From positions 142,354,001 through 142,418,000 of the forward strand of contig CM059432.1 in assembly GCA_030390025.1 (NCBI GenBank): a stretch of 64,000 nucleotides of DNA, written 5' to 3'. Position 1 is the first letter of the stretch. Each line of letters starts with the position of its first letter. The DNA comes from Squalus acanthias (lineage: Eukaryota). This document shows, in pieces, positions 1-12,521 of the stretch. The translations under genes and the position numbers were made by a program. The notes under the pieces are model-generated. The model had not been told where the DNA came from, did not search any database, and saw only the letters and a program-made list of their open reading frames with translations.

Positions 1-2317
1 GGCCCTGTACAACTGCAGCAAGACATCCTTGCTCCTATACTCGAATCCTCTCGCTATGAAGGCCAACATACCATTTGCCTTCTTAACCGCCTGCTGCACC
101 TGCATGCTTACCTTCAGCGACTGGTGCACAAGGACACCCAGGTCTCGTTGCACTTCCCCTTTTCCCAATCTATTGCCGTTCAGATAATAATCTGTCTTCC
201 TCTTTTTGCCACCGAACTGGATAACCTCGCATTTATCCACATTATACTGCATTTGCCATGCATCTGCCCAATCACCCAACCTGTCCAAATCATACTGAAG
301 TTTCTCTGCATCCTCCTCACCGCATACACGCCCACCCAGCTTTGTGTCATCTGCAAACTTGGAGATATTACATCTAGTTCCCTCGTCTAGATCATTTATA
401 TATATTGTGAATAGATGGGGTCCTAGCACCGATCCCTGCGGTACCCCACTAGTCACTGCCTGCCACTCGGAAAAAGACCCGTTTATTCCAACTCTTTGCT
501 TCCTGTCTGCCAACCAGTTCTCTATCCAAGACAGTACCTTACCCCCAATCCCGTGTGCTTTAACTTTGCATGCTAATCTCTTATGTGGGACCTTATCGAA
601 AGCCTTCTGAAAGTCCAAATACACCACATCCACTGGTTCTTCCTTATCTATTCTACCAGTTACATCCTCAAAAAATTCCACTAGATTAGTCAAGCATGAT
701 TTACTTTTTGTAAATCCATGTTGACTTTGTCCGATCCTGTCACTGTTTTCCAAGTGCTCTGCTATTACATCTTTTATAATGGACTCTAGCATTTTCCCCA
801 CTACCGATGTCAGACTTACCGGTCTATAATTCTCCGTTTTCTCTCTACCACCTTTTTTAAATAGTGGGGTTACATTAGCTATCCTCCAATCCATGGGAAC
901 TGTTCCAGAGTCTATAGAATTTTGGAAGATGACCAGCAATGCATCTACTATTTCTAGGGCCACTTCCTTAAGTACCCTAGGATGTAGATTATCAGGCCCT
1001 GGGGATTTATCGGCCTTCAATCCCGTTAATTTCCCTAACACCATTTCCCTACAAATACTGATTTCATTCAATTCCTCCCTCTCATTAGACCCTATGTTCC
1101 CCGACATCTCTGGGAGGTTATTTGTGTCCTCCTTTGTGAAGACAGAACCAAAGTATGTATTTAATTGGTCTTCCATTTCTTTGTTCCCCATTATAAATTC
1201 CCCTGATTCTGACTGCAAGGGACCTATGCTTGACTTCACCAATATTTTTCTCTTCACATATCTATAGAAGCTTTTACAGTCAGTTTTTATGTTCCCTGCA
1301 AGCTTACTCTCATAATCTATTTTCCCCCTCTTAATTAATCCCTTTGTCCTCCTTTGCTGAATCCTGAACTGCTCCCAATCCTCAGGTTTGCTGCTTTTTC
1401 TGGCCAAATTATATGCCCTCTCCTTGGATCTTATGCTATCCCTAATTTCCCTTGTTAGCCACGGTTGAGTCACCTTTTTTGTTTTATTTTTATGCCAGAC
1501 AGGGATGAACAAATTCTGTAGTTCATCCATGCGATCTTTAAATGTTTGCCATTGCCTATCCACCGTCAACCCTTTAAGTAACGTTCCCCAATCCATTCTA
1601 GCCAACTCGTGCCTCATACTATCCTAGTTTCCTTTATTTAAATTCAGGACCCTAGTCTCTGAGTCAACTACTTCACTCTCCATTTTAATGAAGAATTCTA
1701 TCATATTATGATCACTCCTCCCCAAGGGGCCTCGCACAACAAGATTGCTAATTAATCCTTTCTCATTACATAATACTCAGTCTAAGATGGCCTGATCTCT
1801 AGTTGGTTCCTTGACATATTGGTACAGGAAACCATCCCGTATACACTCTAGGAATTCCTCCTCCACAGTATTGTTACTAATTTGGTTAGCCCAATCTATA
1901 TGTAGATTAAAGTCACCCATGATAACTGCTGTGCCCTTATTGCACACGTCTCTAATTTCCCATTTAATGCCATCCCCAACCTCAGCATTACTGTTTGGGG
2001 ATCTGTATACAACTCCCACTAACGTTTTCTGCCCCATGGTATTTCTCAGCTCTGCCCATACAGATTCCACATCATCAGAGCTAATATCCTTCCTTACTAT
2101 TGTGTTAATCTCCTCTTTAACCAGTAATGCTACCCCACCTCCTTTTCCTTTTTTCCTGTCCTTCCTGAATATTGAATAGCCCTGGATGTTGAATTCCCAG
2201 ACTTGGTCATCCTGGAGCCATGTCTCCGCAATCCCAATTATATCATATCCATTTACATCTATTTGCACAGCTAATTTATCCACCTTATTACGAATGCTCC
2301 TCGCATTAAGACACAAA

Positions 2318-3090
2318 GGGGTAAAAATTCAGTCGCGCCCCATTTGGGGCGCTAACCTCGCCGGGGCGCGACTTTTAGCGCCCCGAAAAAATTAGCGGCC
2401 CCGCGCCGGAACTTCGGTGGTTGCGCCCCAAGAGGGAAGCGGGGCGCCACTGGAAGCACCCCGCATCCCTCTTGGGGCGCTGCGAGGGAATATCCTGGCG
2501 CTACGTGCCGCAGCGCCACGCGCTGCGGCACGTCGCGCCGCGGTATTGCAGGCCTTCCTCCCCTTCTTAAAGGGGAGGGACCCTGCGCAGTGCGAACCGG
2601 GGCCCAGCTGGGCCCCCAGGGATCGGGAGTGCCAGCAAAAGAGCCCGGCACTCAAGAGAAGTGCCGGGCTCTTGGAGCGCAGCCGGCACTTCACGGTGGG
2701 GGGGCTTCACGGGGGCCGGGGACAGCAACGGGGGCAGGTGCTGGCAGGCGGCCAGCAACAAAAATGGCGGCCTGCCACCTCCCCTTTAAATATCGCCGCC
2801 CCGGCCGCACGTACGCCTCCCTGAACCCGTCGGACATAGCGTCTGGCGGTAAATCAGGGGGCGCGACTGAAGATCGCGGCTGGAGCGCGAGCGGGGTGCT
2901 GCGCACGGCGATGACGTCATCGCCGGCGGCGCAGCGCCACAGGGCGCTACCGGCTGGCGCCGCCGCTAACCTCCCGCTGAATTTTACGGGAGGCGTGGGC
3001 GGCGCTGCGCCCGGGCGTTAGCTGCTTTACGCCCCATTAGCGCCCTCTTAAGGCGCTAACGGGAGGCGCAAGCAGCTGAATTTTTCCCCC
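2318..3090. mobile_element. GC-rich PIF/Harbinger-type MITE
   Basis: TIR GGGGTAAAAATTC...GAATTTTTCCCCC; 3-bp TSD AAA; removing it restores the CR1 sequence. Confidence 0.8.
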
Positions 3091-3124
3091 AAAGCCTTCA
3101 GGCTTGATTTTTTTAGCACTCTTA

Positions 3125-4018
3125 GGGGTAAAAATTAGGTCACGCCCCATTTGGGGCGCAAATATCGTCCGGACGCAAATATTAGCGCCTGGCGCTAATT
3201 ATCGGCACTGACAGGAAACTTCACTTTTACCGCCCCAGGAGGTGAGTGGAGCGCTAAAGCAGGCGCTGCACACCTCTCTTAAGGCGCAAAGGCCGAGCAG
3301 TGAGGCGCTAACTCGGAGCGCTGGCGAAGCTCATGTAATGTCAGTCAGCAATGGAACACACACACAATGGCACGGGCCAGTTCTTAAAGGGGATGGTTAA
3401 TCTTGCTTTCCATCCACATCCTGTTCATTGCTGCCTTGAATCTCGGCCTGGAGAGACTTGCACATCAAATGTGCTGGAAAGAACAATGGAAAGTACCAGG
3501 CAAAGAGCTCAGAGTGCAGCTCCCACAGTCTCTGCTAAATCGATACAAGGAATGGCAAATCAAAATGAACCTGCAAAGTGCTGCTCAGTACCCAAAACTC
3601 CTTCACACAACGTTGAATCTCTCCAGAAGTCTCTCCCTCTCTCTCTCAGAATGCGTAGTTCAAAAATGCCACCAACAATAAAAGACAGGAAGAGGCCCCC
3701 TTTAAATAGCGCCCCCCCCCAGCCCCACAGCGATTGATAGCGTTCCAGTCTTCTGGTCGTTGGAAGCACCAGGCGATAAGGCAGGGGGCGCCACTCAATT
3801 TCCGCTACGGGGCGCCCCAAGGGCGTTGCACCATGGAATGACGTCACAATCTGCGCGCGCAGGTGGTCGCAGCGGTAAGTTTTAGCGCCGCCGCACAATC
3901 TCAAGTTAAGTTCTCGAGCGGCGCAAACATCGCTGCGCCCGGGCGTTAGCGGCTTTGCGCCCCATTAGCGCCCTCTTAAGGCGCTAACGGGAGGCGCAAC
4001 CAAGTGAATTTTTACCCC
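3125..4018. mobile_element. GC-rich PIF/Harbinger-type MITE (related to 2318-3090)
   Basis: TIR GGGGTAAAAATT...AATTTTTACCCC; canonical TTA TSD on both sides; shared subterminal sequence. Confidence 0.85.
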
Positions 4019-5546
4019 TTAGTCCTTTTAGAATTATTATTTACTGTGGCCCTGTTTGATTTACACCCTTGATTTCTCTGTCTTACACTTTTGCTTTTCT
4101 CCTTCCTGTCTTTTGTTTCTATCCTTGCTTCTCTTTCCACTGTCTCCCTGCACAGGTTCCCAACCCCCTGCCATTTTAGTTTAAACCCTCCCCAACAGCA
4201 CTCGCAAACACTCCCCCTAGGACATCGGTTCTGGTCCCGCCCAGGTGCAAACCGTCCAGTTTGTACTGGTCCCACCTCCCCCAGAACCGGTTCCAATGCC
4301 CCAGGAATTTGAATCCCTTCCCCTTGCACCATTCCTCTAGCCACGTATTTATCTGAAATATCCTTCTATTTCTACTCTGACTAGCACGTGGCACTGATAG
4401 CAATCCTGAGATTACTTCCTTTGAGGTCCTATTTTTTAATTTATCTCCTAACTCCCTATATTCAGCTTTTAGGACCTCATCCCGTTTTTTACCTATATTG
4501 TTGGTACCTATATGCACCACGACAACTGGCTGTTCACCCTCCCCCTCCAGAATGCCCTGCAGCTGCTCCGAGACATCCTTGACCCTTGCACCAGGGAGGC
4601 AGCATACCATCCTGGAGTCTCATTTGCGGCCGCAGAAACACCTATCTATTCCCCTTAAAATAGAATCCCCTATCACTATAGCTCTCCCGCTTTTTTTCCT
4701 CCCCTCCTGTGCACCAGGACCATGGTACCAGGAAGTTGGCTGCTGCTGCCTTTCCCCGATAAGCCAGCCCCCTCAACAATATCCAAAGTGGTATATCTGT
4801 TTGAAAGGCGGATGGCCACAGGGGACCCCTGCACTACCTGCCTGCACCTACTACTCTGCCTGGTGGTCACCCATTCCCTTCCTGCCTGTGCAGCCTTTAC
4901 CTGTGGTGTGACCAACTCCCTAAACGTGTTATCCACGATGTGCTCAGCATCGCGAATGCTCCAGTATGTATCCATTCGCAGCTCCAGTGCCGCAATGCGG
5001 TCTGTCAGTAGCTGCAGCTGGATACACTTCCCGCACACATGGTTGTCAGGGACATCGGAAGTATCCCTGATTTCCCACATAGTGCAGGAGGAGCATGCCA
5101 TGGGGCCGAGCTGTGCTGCCATAACTTACCCTTCAATTAATTCAAATTAAATTAAATCAAGTCAATACCACCAATTACACTACAATTAAATGATATACTC
5201 AAGGACCCTTGTTTACCAGCACTCCCCGCTACACAACAGAGACTCCAGAAAGTATAAACCACAAAAATTAAGTTTTGAAAAAAGCGAGAAAGAGAAAAAT
5301 ACTCACCTACCAATCACTTACCTGCTTTCTGGTGATGTCACACTTCGATTACTTTTTACTTCTCTCTCTCCTCTCGCTGACTCTGTGCCTCTCGCAGGTC
5401 CGCCGCTCAGCTCCGGTCCCAGGCCTCCTCTCCGCGCTCTTTTCATCCTCCTCTCGCTGACTCTGTGCCTCTCGCAGGTCTGCCGCTCAGCTCCGGTCCC
5501 AGGCCTCCTCTCCGCGCTCTTTTTATCCTCCTCTCGCTGACTCTGT

Positions 5547-6231
5547 CAGGAAAGTGGTCCACGTTGTCCAAGGCCTTGTCGTGGATTTTGATAATCGGGG
5601 GGCAGTACTGTGTGGCAGGGGCAGGTTGGTAGAGGACTTTTGTCTTATGGATGTTTAGTGTAAGGCCCATGCTCTCGTACGCTTTGGTGAAGGTGTTGAC
5701 GATGGTTTGGAGTTCGACCTCCGAGTATGCGCAGATGCAAGCATTGTCTGCGTACTGTAATTCAATGACAGAGGATGGGACGACCTTGGATCTGGACTGG
5801 AGGCGACGGAGGTTGAACAGTTTCCCATTTGTTCTGTAGATTAGCTCCACTCCAGCGGGGAGCTTACTGAGGGTGAGATGGAGCATTGCAGCAAGGAAGA
5901 TCGAGAAGAGCGTTGGTGCGATGACACAGCCTTGCTTGACCCCGGTCCGTACGTGAATTGGGTCTGTGGTGGATCCGTTGGTCAGGATCACGGCTTGCAT
6001 GTCGTCGTGAAGCAGGCGGAGGATGGTGACAAACTTTTGAGGGCAGCGGAATTTGAGGAGGACACTCCATAATCCCTCACGGTTGACAGTGTCGAAGGCC
6101 TTTGTGAGCTCAAAGAAGGCCATGTACAGCGGTTGGTGCGGTTCCCTGCATTTCTCTTGTAATTGACGCGCGGTGAAGATCATGTCCATTGTGCCCCTTA
6201 GTGGGCGGAATCCGCATTGCGACTCTGGGAG
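5547..6231 (-). mobile_element. RTE-clade LINE reverse transcriptase fragment
   Basis: MDMIFTARQLQEKCRE, KAFDTVNRE, GVKQGCVIAPTLF, YADN (degenerate YADD), typical of RTE/BovB-like RT. Confidence 0.85.
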
Positions 6232-6293
6232 GATCCAGCAATTGCTATTCCTTTCTCCCTCATGTACTTATCCAGCTTCCCGTTAAATGCATT

Positions 6294-6580
6294 CATAGAA
6301 ACATAGAAACATAGAAACATAGAATCTAGGAGCAGGAGTAGGCCATTCGGCCCGTCGAGCCTGCTCCGCCATTCAATACGATCATGGCTGATCATCCAAA
6401 TCCAGTACCCTGTCCCTGCTTTAATCCCCACAGTACACATATCCCACCCTACCCCCGTAACCCCACGTATTTAATTCCCCCTAACATATCCCATCCTATC
6501 CCCATAACCCCACATATTTAATCCCCCCTAACACTAAGGGTCAATTTATCATAGCCAAATCAACCTAACCCACACATTCA
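6294..6580 (-). mobile_element. HE1-like SINE, 3' part with CR1-derived tail
   Basis: Reverse complement of ~33995-34266; (CATAGAAA)n tail. Confidence 0.8.
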
Positions 6581-7004
6581 CAAGTCAGTTACAAATCTCT
6601 CTTGTGGCAGATTTAGATTAAAAATGCCCACGGCTCTCCCCACCCACAGGAAAGCCTTGTTCTGGGAGACAGCTTTCAAGCAGATTCCATCAAGTAACTT
6701 AGAGCTAGTTCCACACTACCAGCACAGAAAAGAATTTAGCCTAATTTACATCTCAATCGGAGTACAAATAGATGTAGAAATAACCCTGAGAAAGATAATC
6801 GTGCAGGTTGGATGACGCTAGTGAGTGGACGTGTTCAAACTACACTCCACTTCCAGCACTGCCCGTTCATGTCAATGTTATACTGCTTATGATACCTCAT
6901 CATTTAAATGAGATTGCATTGGAGGTTGCAAACTATGAATGCTTTGTGAAGAGAATCCACTTTGAAAACAAATACTTCATTTCAAAGTGTCAGTGAGGCG
7001 TTAC

Positions 7005-7470
7005 AGAAAGAAAAGAACTTGCATTTCTATAGCGCCTGTCACGACCTCAGGACGTCCTAAAGTGCTTTACAGCCAATGAAGTACTTTTGGAGTGTAGTCA
7101 CTGTTGTAATGTAGGACTCAACGGCAGCCAATTTGCACACAGCAAGATCCCACAAACAGCAATGTGATAATGACCAGATAATCTGTTTTTAGTGATGTGG
7201 GTTGAGGGATAAATATTAGCCCCAGGACACCCTGCTCTTCTTTGAATAGTGGCCGCGGAATCTTTTATGCCCACCTGAGAGAGCAGACAGGGACTTGGTT
7301 TAATGTCCCATCTGAAAGAGGGCACCTCTGACAGTGCAGCACTTCACTCGGTACTGCGCTGGGAGTATCAGCTGGATTTTGTACTCCAGGCCTTCTGGAG
7401 TGGGATTTGGAACCCATGACATTCTCGGCTCAGAGGCAAGAGTGCTACCCACTGAGCCCCGACTGACACC
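7005..7470 (-). mobile_element. SacSINE1-like DeuSINE
   Basis: tRNA-like head (GGCTCAGTGGGTAGCACTCTTGCCTCTGAG), Deu-like core and GGCGCTATAGAAATGCAAG tail on the minus strand; many copies in the window. Confidence 0.8.
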
Positions 7471-7739
7471 AGCCTAGGTAGGTTGTGGGTTAGACAGTGT
7501 CTGTGTCGAGTTGGCTGATCAGAGGCCGGCCTGGTAGCAGTGATGGTGGAACATTGAGCCTCAGAATCTCCAAGGGCAAAAAAAATCCCATCGGGCAGGG
7601 TCCTCACCTTGGGACATCCGAGGTCGGGAAAGGCACGATATCTAAATGCAAGTCAATCCTTTAATTGCTGTTTGTGGGATCTTGCTTGAGCAAAATGGCG
7701 GCTGTGTTTACCTACATAACATCACTCGGAATACTGCAA

Positions 7740-8470
7740 ACAGTTCTGGTCTCCATATCACAAAAAGGATATAGAGGCACTGGAGAAGGTGCAAAAATGA
7801 TTTGCACAGTAATACCAGAAGTGAGAGGTTATAACTATCAGGAAAGAGTGAAAAGGCTGGGGTTCTCTTCGCTAGAAAAGAGAAGGTCGAGGGGTGACCT
7901 GATCGAGGTCTTTAAAATGATAGAATCATAGAAACAAACAGCACAGAAGGAGGCCATTCAGCCCGTCGTGCCTTTGCCGGCTCTCTGAAGGAGCAGTCGT
8001 GCTGAGTCCCACTCTCCCGCTCTTTGTCCATAAGTTGCTCATCCTCAAGCTCCCGTCCCACACCATTTTAAAATGATTTATGGAATCAGCTTCCACCCAC
8101 CAGGTCCCATTGTGTAGGGGCTTGGTAGGGTAGACATAGAGAAAATATTTCCACTTGTTTGGGAGCCCAAAACTAGGGGCCATCAATATAAGACAGTCAC
8201 TAATAAATCCAATAGGGAACTCAGGAGAAACTTCTTTACCCAGAGAGTGGGGAGAATGTGGAACTCGCTACCACAAGGAATGGTTGAGGTGAATAGCATT
8301 GATGCATTTAAGGGGAAGCTGGATAAACACATGAGGGAGAAAGGAATAGAAGGATATGTTGACAGGGTTCGATGAAGAGGGGTGGGAGGAGGCTCGTGTG
8401 GAGCATAAACACCGGCACGGACCTGTTGGGCCGAATGTCCTGTTTCTGTGCTGTAAAATTCTATGTAACA
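7740..8470 (+). mobile_element. CR1 LINE 3' fragment with a nested opposite-strand CR1 tail
   Basis: RLGFSSLEKRRSRGDLIEVFK C-terminal motif and CR1 3' UTR. Confidence 0.75.
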
Positions 8471-8897
8471 GTAATTCTTTGTTGCTACAGCACTTTCAGA
8501 TATTTCTGAGATATGTGATAGTGAGATATAAGATTTGCAGAGGCCCTTACAGACAGCCCATTAAAGGTGCTTTCACCCATCAGCTTAGGCTGAATTTGAA
8601 CTCAGGGGTCAGAGGTGAATGAGCAGGACACTCACTCCCAGCACCAGCCAGTTTCCTAAACTTGTGAATAAAAAGTCAGGGACTGTGAATGCTGTAATAG
8701 GAAAGTCGAGAGTTTGGTGTTTAGGGGGAGATGTTCCACAGCCCCCAGTGGGATACAGCTCGCTCAAACCGCATGGGATTATTTCCACTGTCTTCTTCAT
8801 TAAAATAAAACACTGATCCGTCGGTCTGTAGCTGCACGGTCCGTGTACCCCAGATCAAGAGGATATGTCGGGCTGCTCGGCACAAACAACGCTGGAG

Positions 8898-9397
8898 NNN
8901 NNNNNNNNNNNNNNNNNNNNNNNNNNNNNNNNNNNNNNNNNNNNNNNNNNNNNNNNNNNNNNNNNNNNNNNNNNNNNNNNNNNNNNNNNNNNNNNNNNNN
9001 NNNNNNNNNNNNNNNNNNNNNNNNNNNNNNNNNNNNNNNNNNNNNNNNNNNNNNNNNNNNNNNNNNNNNNNNNNNNNNNNNNNNNNNNNNNNNNNNNNNN
9101 NNNNNNNNNNNNNNNNNNNNNNNNNNNNNNNNNNNNNNNNNNNNNNNNNNNNNNNNNNNNNNNNNNNNNNNNNNNNNNNNNNNNNNNNNNNNNNNNNNNN
9201 NNNNNNNNNNNNNNNNNNNNNNNNNNNNNNNNNNNNNNNNNNNNNNNNNNNNNNNNNNNNNNNNNNNNNNNNNNNNNNNNNNNNNNNNNNNNNNNNNNNN
9301 NNNNNNNNNNNNNNNNNNNNNNNNNNNNNNNNNNNNNNNNNNNNNNNNNNNNNNNNNNNNNNNNNNNNNNNNNNNNNNNNNNNNNNNNNNNNNNNNN
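8898..9397. other. Assembly gap (500 N)
   Basis: Run of N. Confidence 1.
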
Positions 9398-9496
9398 CCA
9401 CACACACACACACACCCCACACACACACCACACACACACCCCACACACACCCCACACACACACACCCCACACACACACCCCACACACACACACACA
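9398..9496. repeat. (CA)n/C-rich microsatellite abutting the gap
   Basis: cacacacacccc units. Confidence 0.95.
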
Positions 9497-10388
9497 AGTG
9501 AACACATGCTGCCCTTGCTCCAGGGGTTCCATTCAGCCACTGAGCCGACTTTTAACTTGAAAAAATCGCGCCTGCGCGGACTTTTGAATGTGCCGCGTAG
9601 CCCCAAACAAATGACAGGGAACATTGCTGCCCACATGCGCACACCCACAGAGACACACCTTGAATATTTTGTATATTTCTTCAATATTTGTATCAATGCA
9701 GAATCCCAAGTCTTTGTCAGAATTCAACAACTTTTCCGTTTTGAAACTTTCCGATGCAGGATCACCATTCCAGAGTGACTGTCCGATCACTCAGCCGGGC
9801 ATTCTTCACGTGTGAGCCTAGAATGTGAGCACGAGGAGGCCATTCCTCCACCCACCACTGGGAGGAATGCAACCCAGCCTGAGTCTGTCCTTGCCCAGTG
9901 CTTGACACACATTCCCTTTCCAACAGGGGTCACTGCACAGCAACCATGAGTGGGAGCTCTAACCCAGGGGTACTGAGATTAACCGCAGTGTCACGTCTGG
10001 TTGAGATTTTTGATGGGTAAGGATATCAAGGGATATGGAGCCAAGGCAGACGGATGGAGCTGGGATACAGATCAGCCATGATCTCATCGAATGGCGGAAC
10101 AGGCTCAAGGGGCTGAATGGCCGACTCCTGCTCCTATATTCCTAGACCGGGAATCGAATCTGTCGCCTTCCTGGCCCATACGACGTGAACTATATTGGGT
10201 AGCTTACTTACCATTGCTTTACAGGTCCATGAGGGAAAAAGTGCTTAGGATCTGGCTGTGCTCTTTATGGTTGCGTTTGATTGACAATTACTTTAATCTA
10301 TTTCTGTCAATTACTTTCCCATTTGGTGATGTTTATTGAGGAAAGAAAATATATTTCCAGAGAATAATGATTGAAAATGTATGTTTAG

Positions 10389-10510
10389 GTCTTGAATCAA
10401 ACCTCAAGGCTTGAGATCCAGCTTTTGGAAAATTCCTTGTTTACGAACAAGCTGGAGAAACAACTGCTTCTTCAGACCAATGAGATATACAGGCTGCACG
10501 AGAAGAACAG
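10389..10510 (+). CDS. Angiopoietin-family gene, internal coding exon (equivalent to exon 3; coiled-coil)
   Basis: tttag|GTC...AACAG|gtaggc; 122 nt; translates VLNQTSRLEIQLLENSLFTNKLEKQLLLQTNEIYRLHEKN, closely matching ANGPT1 VLNQTSRLEIQLLENSLSTYKLEKQLLQQTNEILKIHEKN as recalled. Not in the ORF track. Paralog (ANGPT1/2/4) not resolved. Confidence 0.95.
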
Positions 10511-11169
10511 GTAGGCTCACCCCGTCTATCGCACTATACTAATGAGAAGAGTAGGTAGGCTCACTCCATCTATCGCACTATACTAATGAGAAGAGTAGGT
10601 AGGCTCACTCCATCTATCGCACTATACTAATGAGAAGAACAGGTAGGCTCACTCCATCTATCGCACTATACTAATGAGAAGAGTAGGTAGGCTCACCCCA
10701 TCTATCACACTATACTAATGAGAAGAGTAGGTAGGCTCACCCCATCTATCACACTATACTAATGAGAAGAGTAGGTAGGCTCAGCCCGTCTATCGCACTA
10801 TACTAATGAGAAGAGTAGGTAGGCTCACCCCGTCTATCGCACTATACTAATGAGAAGAACAGGTAGGCTCAGCCCGTCTATCGCACTATACTAATGAGAA
10901 GAGTAGGTAGGCTCACTCCATCTATCGCACTATACTAATGAGAAGAACAGGTAGGCTCACTCCATCTATCGCACTATACTAATGAGAAGAGTAGGTAGGC
11001 TCACCCCATCTATCACACTATACTAATGAGAAGAGTAGGTAGGCTCACCCCATCTATCGCACTATACTAATGAGAAGAACAGGTAGGCTCACCCCATCTA
11101 TCACACTATACTAATGAGAAGAGTAGGTAGGCTCAGCCCGTCTATCACACTATACTAATGAGAAGAACA
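10497..11169 (+). repeat. 44-bp minisatellite, ~15 copies, overlapping the exon 3' end and splice donor
   Basis: Unit AATGAGAAGA(GT/AC)AGGTAGGCTCA(C/G)(T/C)CC(A/G)TCTATC(G/A)CACTATACT; GT dinucleotides at 10511+44n up to 11127. Confidence 0.97.
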
Positions 11170-11574
11170 TGGTCTAATGGGGGGGTGGAATTCGCCCTGA
11201 GCTTTAGTACAAGATGGGCGATAGCCAATCGGCAACCCCTGAAAGCCGGGCGGGTTGCTGATTGGCTACCGCCCGTTTTGCGCTTCTGCCCCGGACGAGT
11301 TTCAGCCTCCTGAGATCTTGGGATTTGTGATCGTTTCCTGTGTGTAAATCCCTCATTTATTTTGTGGGCATTGTCTAGTTGTGGTTGTACAGTCAGGTAG
11401 CTAATTGTTGTAATTATAGTTGTAACCAGGCAGAACAGCCATAGTAAGCTTTCCTTAATGTAAAATCGATATGCGCACATATTGAAGACAGGTTGTGGAA
11501 TAGCTGTAAAGGTACAAGGTTGGCACCGGAGTTTCGCAGACATAACCTCATTAACCACCCAGCAGACAAGAAAC

Positions 11575-12042
11575 AAAGAAAGAAAAAAAAGAACTTGCAT
11601 TTCTATAGCGCCTTTCATGACCTCAGGACGTCCCAAAGCACTTTACAGCCAATGAAGTACTTTTGAAGTGTAGTCACTGTTGTAATGTGGGAAACGCAGC
11701 AGCCAACTTGCGCACAGCAAGCTCCCACAAACAGCAATGTGATAAATGACCAGACAATCTACTTTTAGGTGTTGGTTGAAGGATATTGGCCTGGACACCA
11801 GGGAGAGCTCCTCTGTTCCTCTTCAAAATAGTACCCTAGGATCTTTTACGTCCACCTGAGGGAGCAGACGGGGCCTCGGTTTAACGTCTCATCTGAAAGA
11901 CGGCACCTCTGACAGTGCAGCACTCCCTCAGCACTGCACTGGAGTGTCAGCCTAGATTATGTGCTCAAAGTCTCTGGAGTGGGGCTCGAACCCACGACCT
12001 TCTGACTTCAGAGACGAGAGAGAGTGCTACCCACTGAGCCAT
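11575..12042 (-). mobile_element. SacSINE1-like DeuSINE, near full length
   Basis: Same family as 57485-57925, in reverse orientation. Confidence 0.8.
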
Positions 12043-12521
12043 GATTAGAAATATAGTCGGTGGATAACAAGTCAATGAAGAAAATGAAAGGTATGACTGG
12101 AGCACAGGTTCCTTGTGTACAGGACATCGGAAGAGCTCAGACGTTGAAGGGCTACAGAGAATATTACTCAGGTGTGGGAATGTTCAGAGTGTAATAGACA
12201 ACCTCAGACATTATTGAGCATGAACCGGGAGTGAGGTCATTGCCACCAGCATCAGCTGAGAGTTCTGTTTCGGGAAATGGTTCAGTCCTCCGCACACCCC
12301 TGATTCCTCTCCCCCCAGTTAAAATCGGCCAGTGGTTATATTTTTAGTACAATCGTAGAATCACAGAACCACACTGCGCAGAAGGAGGTCATTCAGCCCA
12401 TCGTACCTGTGCCAGCTCTTTGGTAGAGCTCTCCAATTAGTCCCACTCCCCCCTGCTCTTTCCCCATAGCCCTGCAAATTTTTTCCCCTTCGAGTATTTA
12501 TCCAATTCCCTTTAGAAAGTT

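Larger units (their letters stand above)
1..5546 (-). mobile_element. CR1-clade LINE, 5' portion (ORF1 zinc finger + SGNH esterase; ORF2 endonuclease/RT), degenerate, interrupted by two MITEs
   Basis: ORF 4676-5122 CSSCTMWE...CGKC; ORF 4176-4610 CLPGARVKD/HIGTNN esterase motifs; ORF 1777-2316 [21 protein letters not shown] endonuclease motifs; RT sequence runs to the window edge. Confidence 0.92.

Noticed and set aside
2318..4018. CpG-island promoter and overlapping GC-rich ORFs
   Set aside because: Fully explained by two TIR/TSD-bounded MITEs inside a CR1.
8721..9778. Long ORFs in the ORF track
   Set aside because: Artefacts of the 500-N gap and the CA repeat.
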